From positions 3,630 through 67,629 of the forward strand of contig JAISAE010000056.1 of assembly GCA_031266875.1 (NCBI GenBank): DNA of 64,000 nt, in the 5' to 3' direction. A program made the translations under genes and the position numbers. Below the pieces are notes generated by a model, which did no database searches, had not been told where the DNA came from, and saw only the letters and a program-made list of their open reading frames with translations. Below are positions 39,141-48,216 of this stretch, one piece after another; the first letter of the stretch is position 1; each line of letters starts with the position of its first letter. Source of the DNA: Treponema sp. Its GTDB lineage: Bacteria; Spirochaetota; Spirochaetia; Treponematales; Breznakiellaceae.

Positions 39141-40943
39141 ATGAAATCGCTGTTAATGGGGAATGAGGCTATTGCTTTAGGCGCGGTCCGCGCCGGTGTA
39201 CGGGTCGTAAGCGGCTATCCGGGTACTCCTTCCACCGAGATACTGGAAGTTATCGCCAGAGAAGCGCGTCAACGGCCTGAAATCTATGTGGAATGGTCGG
39301 TGAATGAAAAATCCGCGCTGGAAGTCGCGGCAGGAGCTGCCTGCGCTGGTGCGCGGGCCTTGGTAACAATGAAGCAGGTGGGGCTTAATGTTGCCTCTGA
39401 CCCGCTTATGAGCCTTAACTACATTGGCGTGAAAGGCGGTCTTGTGGTCGCGGTCGCCGATGACCCTGGGCCGGTTTCTTCCCAGACCGAGCAGGATACA
39501 CGGCACTTCGGCAAGTACGCCAAGCTCGCGGTCTTTGACCCCGCCTCGCCGGAAGAGGCCTATACTATGGTTGCGGACGCCTTTGCCTACTCGGAACACT
39601 ACGGGCATCCAGTTATTCTGCGGCCTACCACGCGCATCTGCCACAGCTACGCTTCGGTGGAACTGCTGGAACAAGCTCCGCCGCCTAAGCAGGAGGCTGG
39701 CTTTAAGCGCGACAACGGGCGCTGGGTCATCTTTCCAAGTCTCGCTTACCGTAACCATATCAAGATTGAGGATGACCTTGTTCACTTGGCTGAGGAGTTT
39801 TCGTCATATTCGGGGAATGTGCTGATCGGTTCTGGCGTGAAAGGCATTGCTTGCGGCGGCGTCAGTTACGCCTATACGCGAGAAGCGCTGCTGGATATTG
39901 AGGCGGAGTATAAACTGCTCAAGGTCGGGACAGTTCCGTTCCCCTCGAATCTAGGGCTGGACTTTCTTGATGGGCTTGAGGAGGTTCTGGTTATTGAGGA
40001 GTTGGACCCGGTGATTGAGATGGAGCTTATCGCCCTGTGCGGTCAGCGTCATGTACCGGTGAAGGTACAGGGCAAGCGTTCCGGCGATATGCCGCTTGCT
40101 GGTGAGAACACGGTTGCGCTGATTGCTGAACGGGTGCGTGCGTTTCTGGGCGTCGCGGCAAAGGCGCTGCTGCCGGATCGCGGGATCGACCTGCCGGCGC
40201 TTTTGGCTCGCCCGCCGGTACTGTGCGCGGGCTGTCCCCATCGCGGCTCATTTTTCGCGGTTAAGGCCGTAATCGCTGAACAGAAGCGGAAAGCCGTGTT
40301 TTCTGGGGACATTGGCTGTTATACCCTGGGCAATGCTCCGCCGCTGGACATGGTGGATACCTGCCTCTGCATGGGCGCGGGCATTACCATGGCACAGGGC
40401 ATCAACCGCGTGGAGCCGGATACGCTTAACTTTGCCTTTATCGGGGACTCCACCTTTTTCCATACCGGCATACCGGGTCTGATCAACGCCGTGTATAACC
40501 AAGCCAACGTCATTGTGGTTATTCTGGACAACTTCACGACCGCCATGACCGGTAATCAGGCGCACCCGGGCATGGGCAGGAGCGCGACCGGCGCGGCTGT
40601 GAAGAAGGTGAGCATTGTTGATATGGTGAAGGCCATTGGCGTGGGGGAGCTCGTGCGGGCAAGTCCCTTTGAGCTGCCTTCCGCGAAAGAGGCTGTAAAA
40701 CAGATGCTTGATAAGACGGGCGTGCGTGTCATCATCTTTGAGGGGCCGTGTATCATGGTTCAGCGGGGCGCAAAGCAGCGCCACGAAATCAGCCGCCAGC
40801 GCTGTACTGCTTGCGGTCTCTGCGTTAAAAAACTTGGGTGTCCGGCGCTTTCGCTCTCCACCGCTGGCGCGGTGATTGATCCTGTGCTGTGTACTGGCTG
40901 TGGTCTCTGTAAAGCGTTTTGCGTGTTTAACGCTATTGATTAG
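39141..40943 (+). CDS. iorA: Indolepyruvate:ferredoxin oxidoreductase alpha subunit
   Basis: MKSLLMGNEAIALGAVRAGVRVVSGYPGTPSTEI.. starts at the ATG at 39141. A TPP-binding region and a C-terminal 2x[4Fe-4S] motif are present (CTACGLC..GCPA.., CTGCGLC). Confidence 0.9.
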   Translation: MKSLLMGNEAIALGAVRAGVRVVSGYPGTPSTEILEVIAREARQRPEIYVEWSVNEKSALEVAAGAACAGARALVTMKQVGLNVASDPLMSLNYIGVKGGLVVAVADDPGPVSSQTEQDTRHFGKYAKLAVFDPASPEEAYTMVADAFAYSEHYGHPVILRPTTRICHSYASVELLEQAPPPKQEAGFKRDNGRWVIFPSLAYRNHIKIEDDLVHLAEEFSSYSGNVLIGSGVKGIACGGVSYAYTREALLDIEAEYKLLKVGTVPFPSNLGLDFLDGLEEVLVIEELDPVIEMELIALCGQRHVPVKVQGKRSGDMPLAGENTVALIAERVRAFLGVAAKALLPDRGIDLPALLARPPVLCAGCPHRGSFFAVKAVIAEQKRKAVFSGDIGCYTLGNAPPLDMVDTCLCMGAGITMAQGINRVEPDTLNFAFIGDSTFFHTGIPGLINAVYNQANVIVVILDNFTTAMTGNQAHPGMGRSATGAAVKKVSIVDMVKAIGVGELVRASPFELPSAKEAVKQMLDKTGVRVIIFEGPCIMVQRGAKQRHEISRQRCTACGLCVKKLGCPALSLSTAGAVIDPVLCTGCGLCKAFCVFNAID

Positions 40944-40954
40944 TGTTAATCACT

Positions 40955-41108
40955 CAGGTTACGCATGATTACAAAGTGAAGAAAAATGTCCCCAGATTAC
41001 CCGGATTTTCACAGATGAATAGGGGATGTACCTATTCATTTCTTCTTCATCTGTGTTAATCCGTGAACATCTGGGGACAGATTCTTAGCTATCCCTGTGC
41101 GTAACCTG
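40955..41108. repeat. 154-bp nested imperfect palindrome between convergent genes
   Basis: The pairing segments are caggttacgca (40955) with tgcgtaacctg (41098), tgtccccagat (40987) with atctggggaca (41069), and cacagatgaa (41010) with ttcatctgtg (41046). The central hairpin pairs atgaatagg (41015) with cctattcat (41031). Confidence 0.8.
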
Positions 41109-41122
41109 CTAAGTTCCTAAGC

Positions 41123-42097
41123 TCAGATACTCACTATCCGGCCTTCTTTATGTGAGATATAGGCGTTTTCGAGCAGTTCAGTGAGTGCGATGCCCTTAGC
41201 GGTATCAAAGGGAATGGGTTTGCCGTCAATGATGCCGTCGAGCCACATACGCAGGGCAGGCGGCAGCGGACTGGGGAGCTTATCAGGGGTGAACCAGCCG
41301 TCCTTAAACTGGTTGGAACGCACCTTGACTCTGCCCTCAACCTGCACAATAGCGCCTTCGGTACCCAGCAATTCAAAACAGCCGGCCTGATACTTTGAGG
41401 TAAAGCCGGTTTCCAGCACCGCAATTACGCTGTTCTCGAACTCGACCACTGATACCGCGTGATCGTCAGCTGGCAGCGGGCAGTAGGAGGTGGTGAAGAT
41501 CGAGGCGACGCGCTTCGGCTTGCCCAAAAGATAGGCGGCGGTGTACATAGGATGGCAGCCCAGGTCCATCATGGCCCCGCCGCCGGCTTTTTCCACATCG
41601 TACCAGTACGGAGGAAGCCAGCCGGCTAAGGAACCATCGTGGGCATTCCGCATACGCATATAGTTCACTCTGCCCAATATGCCCTCATCAATCGCCTGCT
41701 TGCAATACTGCGTAAACGATGAGGTAAGGTTCGGGTGGCTGATGCAGAACTTGATGTTGTTTTGCGCGATAGCCTCGGCAATGAGCTTGCAGTCGGCAAC
41801 AGTCGTTGCCAGCGCTTTTTCCGTGAAGATGTGCTTTTTCGCGTTTGCCGCCGCGAGCATCACCTTGGGGTGTTCGCTCGTTGCTGTTGTTACGACTACG
41901 GCGTCTACATCCTGACGCGCCAGAGCCGTGTTGAGATCAGGCTCGAAATCCACGCCAAGTTCCTTGGCCCAGGGCCCGCCCCGCGCCGCGTCCTCGTCCC
42001 AGACACAGGTAACTTTGGCGTCCGGCTGTTCGCCAATAAACTTCGCGTAGTCCTGCGCGTGTACATGCCACTTTGAAAGCATTAGTACGTTAACCAC
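41123..42097 (-). CDS. Gfo/Idh/MocA family oxidoreductase
   Basis: 324-aa ORF with an N-terminal Rossmann-like region and family-typical sequence. It is adjacent to a paralog. Confidence 0.85.
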   Translation of the reverse strand: MVNVLMLSKWHVHAQDYAKFIGEQPDAKVTCVWDEDAARGGPWAKELGVDFEPDLNTALARQDVDAVVVTTATSEHPKVMLAAANAKKHIFTEKALATTVADCKLIAEAIAQNNIKFCISHPNLTSSFTQYCKQAIDEGILGRVNYMRMRNAHDGSLAGWLPPYWYDVEKAGGGAMMDLGCHPMYTAAYLLGKPKRVASIFTTSYCPLPADDHAVSVVEFENSVIAVLETGFTSKYQAGCFELLGTEGAIVQVEGRVKVRSNQFKDGWFTPDKLPSPLPPALRMWLDGIIDGKPIPFDTAKGIALTELLENAYISHKEGRIVSI

Positions 42098-42106
42098 TCT
42101 CTTCTC

Positions 42107-43213
42107 CTATATTTCGATGGACGGAATAACGATCTCGATCTCTTTCTTGAGCTTCGATGAACGATAGATGCCGTCACAGATCGCCTGATTGTAAAGAATC
42201 TCCTCGCCGGGGATCGGCGCGGGACCGTTTGTTATGATCGCGTCCACAAAGCCGCGAATCTTTGCCGCGAAGGAGTCTTTGACCGGCTTTTCACCATAGG
42301 TGGAAAAAGGAATCGACGGCTCAATAACCGAGTCAATCTGCATACCGTTGACATCGGTATAGTACATATAACGCGACGGCATGTTGTGTTCACCATGCCC
42401 GTGGACGATTTTTATAGCGCCTTCAGTGCCAAGCCAGAGCGTGTCGCCGAGAGAGTCGGCGTGCATAGCCCATGACTGCTTGAAGATGAAGGTAAGGTCG
42501 CCTTCCATACGGACAAGCGCCACTGAGAAATCGTCAACATTGAAGGTGTTGAATTCAGGCCAATACTTCGCGTTTTTGCCGAAGTAGTCTGTAGCAATGG
42601 CTGACACCGTGAGCGGCTTAGGATAGCCGACAGCGTGCAGACATTCGTCGATTGAGTAACAGCCAATGTCGCCCAGACAGCCGTAGCCAGCCTTTGCCTC
42701 GTCAACAAACGTGCCGCCGGGGATACCGCGCCGGCGACCGCCGCCGGACTGGATATAGTAGACCTTCCCCAGCGCGCCGCTCTGGATGATCTCATCAACC
42801 CGCCGCCGCATATAATCGTAGCGCGGCTGGAAACCAATGGTGAGCATCTTCTTTGCCTTACGCGAAGCCTTAACCATATCCGCCGCTTCCTGAATAGTGA
42901 AGGACATGGGCTTTTCGCAGAGTACATGAACCCCAGCTTCCAGCGCCTCAATAGCACATTCCGCGTGTGTGGTGTTATAGGTACAGACGCTTACGCCGTC
43001 CAACTGGACATTTTTCAGCAGGTCTGTCGCCTTCTCAAATGCCGGAGCGTCTTTCAGGCCGTACTTGTCCAGAAACTCGCGTGCTTTCCCCGGAACTATG
43101 TCGCAAGCCCCGACCACTTCCACGTCCTCAAATGAGGTATATGGGATCATGTGCGCATGTGCGATGCCCCCAGTACCGATAAAACCGATCCGTATTTTCT
43201 TTTCCATAAACAT
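42107..43213 (-). CDS. Gfo/Idh/MocA family oxidoreductase
   Basis: 368-aa ORF with ..IRIGFIGTGGIAHAH.. and ..VLCEKPM.. ATG 43207 is an alternative start. Confidence 0.88.
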   Translation of the reverse strand: MFMEKKIRIGFIGTGGIAHAHMIPYTSFEDVEVVGACDIVPGKAREFLDKYGLKDAPAFEKATDLLKNVQLDGVSVCTYNTTHAECAIEALEAGVHVLCEKPMSFTIQEAADMVKASRKAKKMLTIGFQPRYDYMRRRVDEIIQSGALGKVYYIQSGGGRRRGIPGGTFVDEAKAGYGCLGDIGCYSIDECLHAVGYPKPLTVSAIATDYFGKNAKYWPEFNTFNVDDFSVALVRMEGDLTFIFKQSWAMHADSLGDTLWLGTEGAIKIVHGHGEHNMPSRYMYYTDVNGMQIDSVIEPSIPFSTYGEKPVKDSFAAKIRGFVDAIITNGPAPIPGEEILYNQAICDGIYRSSKLKKEIEIVIPSIEI

Positions 43214-43615
43214 TGAGCCTCCCAGCTCACAAGCTATTATAACACAACTTACGGGTATGGAAAGAAATATCTGAGTCGCTGAAGTGTGATGGTTTCAACA
43301 AGCACAACCCCGGCTTTAGTCGCTGAATGTGATAGCTCCACTCCCATTGCGGCTGTCGACGTGCGGTCTTTGAGCATTATGAGCAACATACAGCTAAGCA
43401 CCTAAAGCCTCATGGCAGACCAATGTCTCAGATGTAGCTACAGCTAACTCACTTCTGGTACCGGCGTATGGGTCTCTGGCATTGGCATTTTGTCTGTAGC
43501 TACTTTTTGTGATGCGCAGATAATCTTTACCGGCGAGCATTGGCCAGCAAAGATTATGGTAATGAGTTTGCGTTATTGGTAGACAACAAGGTAAGCAATT
43601 CCTAAACGATTGGCG

Positions 43616-45436
43616 CTAATCTGATTTTTCCACCAATAGGTTGCCAGAGAATGCTCTGTTGCTAATAGTGGCCGCGCTGTTGGGAATCGCTACACTCGTG
43701 AGGCGATTGTACGCGAAGGCCCAGTCTCCAATAAGGCTCACGCTGTTGGGAATCGCTACGTTTGTCAGGGCATTATACGCGAAGGCCCGCGCCCCAATGT
43801 TGGTAACACCGTTGGAGAATGTTACGCTCGTGAGGCTACTGTCGTAAAACGCGGCTGCGCCAATCGTTACAACACTGTCTGGTATTGTTATGCTCGTCAG
43901 GCGGTTGAAAGCAAACGCGCTTGCGCCAATGGTTCTCAGCTTGGAACCCAGCGTTACGCTGTTGAGGCGGTTATGCTGAAACGCCCAGTCGCCGATTTCG
44001 GTAACGCTGTTAGGGATGCTTACGTGCGTCAGGCGATTGTTGGCAAACGCGCTTGCGCCAATGCTTACGACGCTGGTCGGTATCGTTATCTCTGTGAGGG
44101 CATTGTCGCAAAACGCGGACGCGCCAATGGTAGTAACACTGTTGGGTATGCTTACGCTCGTCAGGCCCTTGTGAGAAAAGGCCTGTGCGCCAATGACAGC
44201 AACAGGAAGCCCGCTGATCTTTGCGGGAATACGGAGGTCTTTCGCCGCGCCAGTATACCCGATGATGCTTATCGCCCTGTTCTCAACCCGTATCTGAAAA
44301 ATATCGCTATTCTCCTCAGCCTGAACACGTTGGCTCACGACCGGAGTCGCCGCCACATTCCCCGCGATTGGTTCGCTACGGGTTATGGCAACATTGCTAT
44401 CAAATACCTCCATCCCCATATAGCTAACACTGTTGGGTATCGTTACGCTCGTCATGCGGTTGTTGGCAAACGCTTCTGCCCCAATGTAGGTAACACTGTC
44501 GGGTATCGTTATACTCGCCAGACGGTTGTCGAAGAATGCGTTCCGTCCAATGTAGGTAACACTGTCGGGTATCGTTACTTCTATGAGCTGTTTGAAAGCA
44601 AACGCATCAGCGCTGATGCTGGTAACAGGATGCCCGTTTATCTGGGCGGGAATGTGAAGGACTTTCTCGAATCCGGTATAACCGATAATGCTACCCATAT
44701 TATCCTTATCCACAATCCACGTCTGGAACTCTATGTTGTCTATTGATTGCGCAGCAGAGGCATTGGTCTGAGAAGCGGAATTCACCGGCATATCCACTGT
44801 TTGCTCACTGTAGCTTATGGCAACACTGGTATCAAAGGCTCTCGCTCCGATAACGCTTGCTCTATTGAGCGTTACGCGCTCAAGGGCATTGTTGGCGAAG
44901 GCCCTGAACCCGATGGAAGTAACGCTGCTGGGAATCGTTATGCTCGTGAGGTTGTTGTACTGAAACGCCCAATCTCCAATGGAAGTAACGCCATTGGGTA
45001 TGGTTACGCTGCTGAGCCTATTGTCAGAAAACGCCTCAGCTTCAATGGTGATGAGGCTGTCGGGCATCGCTACGTTTGTCAGGCGGTTATTGGCAAACGC
45101 GCCTTGTCCAATGGAAGTAACGCCATTAGGTATGGTTACGCTGCTAAGGCCCTTGCCGAAAAAGGCCCGCGCTTCGATTCTGGTAACAGGAAGCCCGTGT
45201 ATCTGCTCAGGGATACGAAGATCGTCTTCCACCGTTCCTGTGTAGCCCTTAATGCTTACCGCGTTGTCTACAGTCTCTGTCTCAAAACCTTCGCTGACCG
45301 TGCCTGTTGTGCTATAGGCTATGGCAACAGCATCATCGCCGTTTTCAGCCAGTATCTCAAAATCACTCGCATCCTGCCCAAACAACACAACAGTCAAAAC
45401 CATGAAACACATCAAAAACAGCCATATCTTTTTCAT
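43616..45436 (-). CDS. Secreted BspA-like leucine-rich repeat protein
   Basis: Signal peptide MKKIWLFLMCFMVLTVVLFGQ starts at the ATG at 45436. There are three modules of roughly 23-aa LRR units (..IPNSVTSIGDWAFAYNRLTSV..). Confidence 0.88.
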   Translation of the reverse strand: MKKIWLFLMCFMVLTVVLFGQDASDFEILAENGDDAVAIAYSTTGTVSEGFETETVDNAVSIKGYTGTVEDDLRIPEQIHGLPVTRIEARAFFGKGLSSVTIPNGVTSIGQGAFANNRLTNVAMPDSLITIEAEAFSDNRLSSVTIPNGVTSIGDWAFQYNNLTSITIPSSVTSIGFRAFANNALERVTLNRASVIGARAFDTSVAISYSEQTVDMPVNSASQTNASAAQSIDNIEFQTWIVDKDNMGSIIGYTGFEKVLHIPAQINGHPVTSISADAFAFKQLIEVTIPDSVTYIGRNAFFDNRLASITIPDSVTYIGAEAFANNRMTSVTIPNSVSYMGMEVFDSNVAITRSEPIAGNVAATPVVSQRVQAEENSDIFQIRVENRAISIIGYTGAAKDLRIPAKISGLPVAVIGAQAFSHKGLTSVSIPNSVTTIGASAFCDNALTEITIPTSVVSIGASAFANNRLTHVSIPNSVTEIGDWAFQHNRLNSVTLGSKLRTIGASAFAFNRLTSITIPDSVVTIGAAAFYDSSLTSVTFSNGVTNIGARAFAYNALTNVAIPNSVSLIGDWAFAYNRLTSVAIPNSAATISNRAFSGNLLVEKSD

Positions 45437-45804
45437 ACCATACTCCTGCAAAGACACAAGGGAAGTGTCAATTGACAAGTCCCCGCCTTTAGGCGGGGGA
45501 TTCTTGATTCATTGTCCATTGCCAAGGGGTATACCTTGGTTTTCGCAAAAACTCCCTATCAAAGAGAGTTTTCCACGTGCTCAAACCCGATACTCCCCCG
45601 GCCTTACTTGGACTCACCAAACGTAGATTCCCGTGTGTCCCACGGTATAACTATCATATCTTACCATAGTATGCAAGCTCACAGATAAAAATTCTTCGGA
45701 TTTTTTGCGCCTTCCCATGCCAAAGGCTTTACGGCGCTTAACAATAAGTATCATCTTAAAAAGAAAGAAGCACTAACAACAACACAACAATGTACCATGC
45801 AATC

Positions 45805-45877
45805 TGCCGCCAGAGGGAATTGAACCCTCGACACAAGGATTTTCAGTCCTTTGCTCTACCGACTGAGCTACAGCGGC
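45805..45877 (-). tRNA. tRNA-Phe (anticodon GAA)
   Basis: The reverse complement, GCCGCTGTAGCTCAGTCGGTAGAGCAAAGGACTGAAAATCCTTGTGTCGAGGGTTCAATTCCCTCTGGCGGCA, folds as a cloverleaf. The anticodon loop is CTGAAAA and the T-loop is GGTTCAATTCC. Confidence 0.92.
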
Positions 45878-46011
45878 AAGTACGTTTCTATGTATACCTT
45901 AGACAAAAAAAAGTGTCAAGAGCTTACTCACCATTTCTGTGAAGAATTTTTAACTTTTATACTTGATTCAATTTGATGTATACCCTACAATCTAACTAGG
46001 ATAAATTAGCT

Positions 46012-46443
46012 ATGAGAATCTCTACCAAAGGCCGTTACTCATTGGAAGCTTTACTCTATATGGCTCTTTTGCCTGAAGGCGAGTCCGCGAGCGCCAGAGT
46101 CATTTCTCAAAATACCAGTATATCGGAGGGCTACCTTGAACAACTCTTTATCCCCCTGCGGAAGGCTGGCATCATCCAGGCTATTAGAGGCCCGCTGGGA
46201 GGCTATATTCCGGGCAGAGCGCTTGAACGCATAAGCGCGGGTCAAATCCTGCGTGCGGTTGAGGGGGCGCTTGAGCCAGTTGACTGCGTTACCTTAAAGC
46301 CCTGTCCAGCTCAAAGTTACTGCATGTCCAGACATACATGGAGCGAACTCTATAAGGAAATAAACGCCTGCGTTGATTCCATCTCCCTTGCTGATCTGGT
46401 TAAAGCCTATCACGCTATGGATAAGGTGGATTACACAATATGA
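46012..46443 (+). CDS. Rrf2 family transcriptional regulator with a C-x5-C-x5-C cluster motif
   Basis: MRISTKGRYSLEALLYM.. with the Cys triad DCVTLKPCPAQSYC, spaced as in IscR/NsrR. Confidence 0.88.
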   Translation: MRISTKGRYSLEALLYMALLPEGESASARVISQNTSISEGYLEQLFIPLRKAGIIQAIRGPLGGYIPGRALERISAGQILRAVEGALEPVDCVTLKPCPAQSYCMSRHTWSELYKEINACVDSISLADLVKAYHAMDKVDYTI

Positions 46444-46874
46444 AGATTTCTACACGAGGACGCTATGGTATCCGGCTTCTGATTGATCTGGCCGAGCATC
46501 TGAACGAAGCCCCTGTTTCCCTTCCCAGCATGGCTGAGCGTCAGGGCATCTCAACCCGTTACTTTGAACAGATCGCGGTGATCCTGCGAAACGCTGGCTT
46601 TATACGCTCGGTGAAAGGCGCTTTAGGCGGCTATACATTGTCCCGGCGGCCTGAAGAGCTTACCGTAGGCGAGGTGCTGAGAAAACTTGAAGGGGATATG
46701 CTGGTGCTTGACCCGCCGCTCTCCACTGTACAGGAAAGCAGGTTACAACGCTGTATCAGGCTTACTGTCTTTGACCGCATGAACGAGTGCGTCGCCGGAG
46801 TCATTGACCACACAACGCTGGCTTCAATGATCGGTACTATCGATCCCGATGACTCGTATATGTACTTTATCTGA
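46440..46874 (+). CDS. Rrf2 family transcriptional regulator lacking the Cys triad
   Basis: MKISTRGRYGIRLLIDLAEH.. Its start overlaps the upstream Rrf2 stop as ATGA. Confidence 0.88.
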   Translation: MKISTRGRYGIRLLIDLAEHLNEAPVSLPSMAERQGISTRYFEQIAVILRNAGFIRSVKGALGGYTLSRRPEELTVGEVLRKLEGDMLVLDPPLSTVQESRLQRCIRLTVFDRMNECVAGVIDHTTLASMIGTIDPDDSYMYFI

Positions 46875-46924
46875 ACCGCTTAACAATCCCTACAACAAGA
46901 ACGCTAACAAGAGTATACTCAGCC

Positions 46925-47866
46925 ATGCGTTTTATTGATTTACACTGCGATACCCTTTTGCTGTCGTTCAAACAGCATCTGGAGGATATCTACGACATAC
47001 CGGACGCCATGCTTGATGTCAAACGGGCGCACCGGTCCGGGGACGTGGCTCAGGTTTTCGCTATCTTCATGCCGCCGCTGGAACGCGAGGCGTTTAACGA
47101 TAGCGAGTATCTGGAACATTGCTTTCGAGTCTTTAACGCGACCATAGCGCGGCATCCTGACGCCATTGTTATGGCGGATTCCGGTAAACTGGAGGCGGGC
47201 AAGCTGAACGCCTTTCTCAGTTTTGAAGACGGCAGGCCAATTGATGGCAAACTGGAACATCTTGAGCAGTATTACCAAAAAGGAATCAGGCTTATCACCC
47301 TCACATGGAATGGAGAAAACTGCTTTGGCTTCCCCCAGTCTGCGAATCCTGAGAACATGGCGCGGGGGTTAAAGCCGTTTGGCAAAGACGCGCTGCGCCG
47401 CATGAACGAGCTGGGCATCATCGTTGATGTGTCGCACCTTTCCGACGGCGGCTTTTCCGATGTAGCGACACTCAGTACAAAGCCGTTTGTGGCGTCGCAC
47501 TCAAACTGCCGCGCCCTTTCTCCACACTGGCGCAATCTCACTGACGACATGATCCGCGCATTGGCAGAGGCGGGCGGCGTGGCCGGTCTTAACTTCTGCC
47601 CTACGTTCCTTAATGAGGATATCGAGTGTGAGGACAGCACTGCCGCGCTCATCAGCGCGCACGCGCAGCACCTCATCAAGGTTGGCGGTGTTGAGTGCGT
47701 GGCGCTGGGCAGTGATTTTGACGGCATAAGCGGCAAGCTGGAGATTGGCAGGGTGGAAACCGTATCCCGCCTCTTTGAGCAATTCCACCATGATGGCCTG
47801 AGCGATGATGTTATTGAAAAAATCGCGTGGAAAAATGCCCAGAGAGTCTTAAACGATGTCTTGTAA
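46925..47866 (+). CDS. Membrane (renal-type) dipeptidase family protein, peptidase M19
   Basis: 313-aa ORF with MRFIDLHCDTLL.., ..GIRLITLTWNGEN.. and ..DVSHLSD.. Confidence 0.88.
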   Translation: MRFIDLHCDTLLLSFKQHLEDIYDIPDAMLDVKRAHRSGDVAQVFAIFMPPLEREAFNDSEYLEHCFRVFNATIARHPDAIVMADSGKLEAGKLNAFLSFEDGRPIDGKLEHLEQYYQKGIRLITLTWNGENCFGFPQSANPENMARGLKPFGKDALRRMNELGIIVDVSHLSDGGFSDVATLSTKPFVASHSNCRALSPHWRNLTDDMIRALAEAGGVAGLNFCPTFLNEDIECEDSTAALISAHAQHLIKVGGVECVALGSDFDGISGKLEIGRVETVSRLFEQFHHDGLSDDVIEKIAWKNAQRVLNDVL

Positions 47867-47966
47867 GGCGGCGCAACAGCACAAGAGGGGACAACCTCCT
47901 CTTGCCGGCATAGAGATAAAGATGCCTTAGTATACAAGGCGGAAAGTCTGGTAGGAGAAGGGTAAA

Positions 47967-48169
47967 ATGAATATAGTTCCGATAGTGGCGATATTATGCT
48001 TGTTTATTGGCTTGCCGGGTGCTATATGCTTCTTTGCGATAAGGGCAAAAAGCTAAAGCAACAGAAGAAGGTGTTAGAACTAAAACTGGAACGGGAACGG
48101 ATTCGCCTGCAACTATTAGAAGAAGAAAACAGAAAGTATGACCGCATAATCGACAAGCACCGGAGATAA
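47967..48169 (+). CDS. Small single-pass membrane plus coiled-coil protein, split by a frame change at an A5 run
   Basis: The ATG at 47967 follows AGGAGAAGGG. MNIVPIVAILCLFIGLPGAICFFAIRAKS* stops at 48054-48056. The -1 frame continues from 48050 as KLKQQKKVLELKLERERIRLQLLEEENRKYDRIIDKHRR* and ends at 48169. Neither piece is in the ORF track because both are under 60 aa. Confidence 0.35.
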
Positions 48170-48216
48170 AGCATTAAGCCTCAGAAAGCCTGCCCGGAGT
48201 TCAAAAACGTCTGACG

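Noticed and set aside
43973-45475. The plus-strand ORFs at 43973-44746 and 44747-45475, opposite the LRR gene.
   Set aside because: They are antisense to a gene with a signal peptide and clear BspA-type LRR units. The periodic LRR coding sequence keeps the opposite strand open.
47272-47937. A 221-aa minus-strand ORF overlapping the dipeptidase gene.
   Set aside because: It is antisense to a clear M19 dipeptidase and has no family features.
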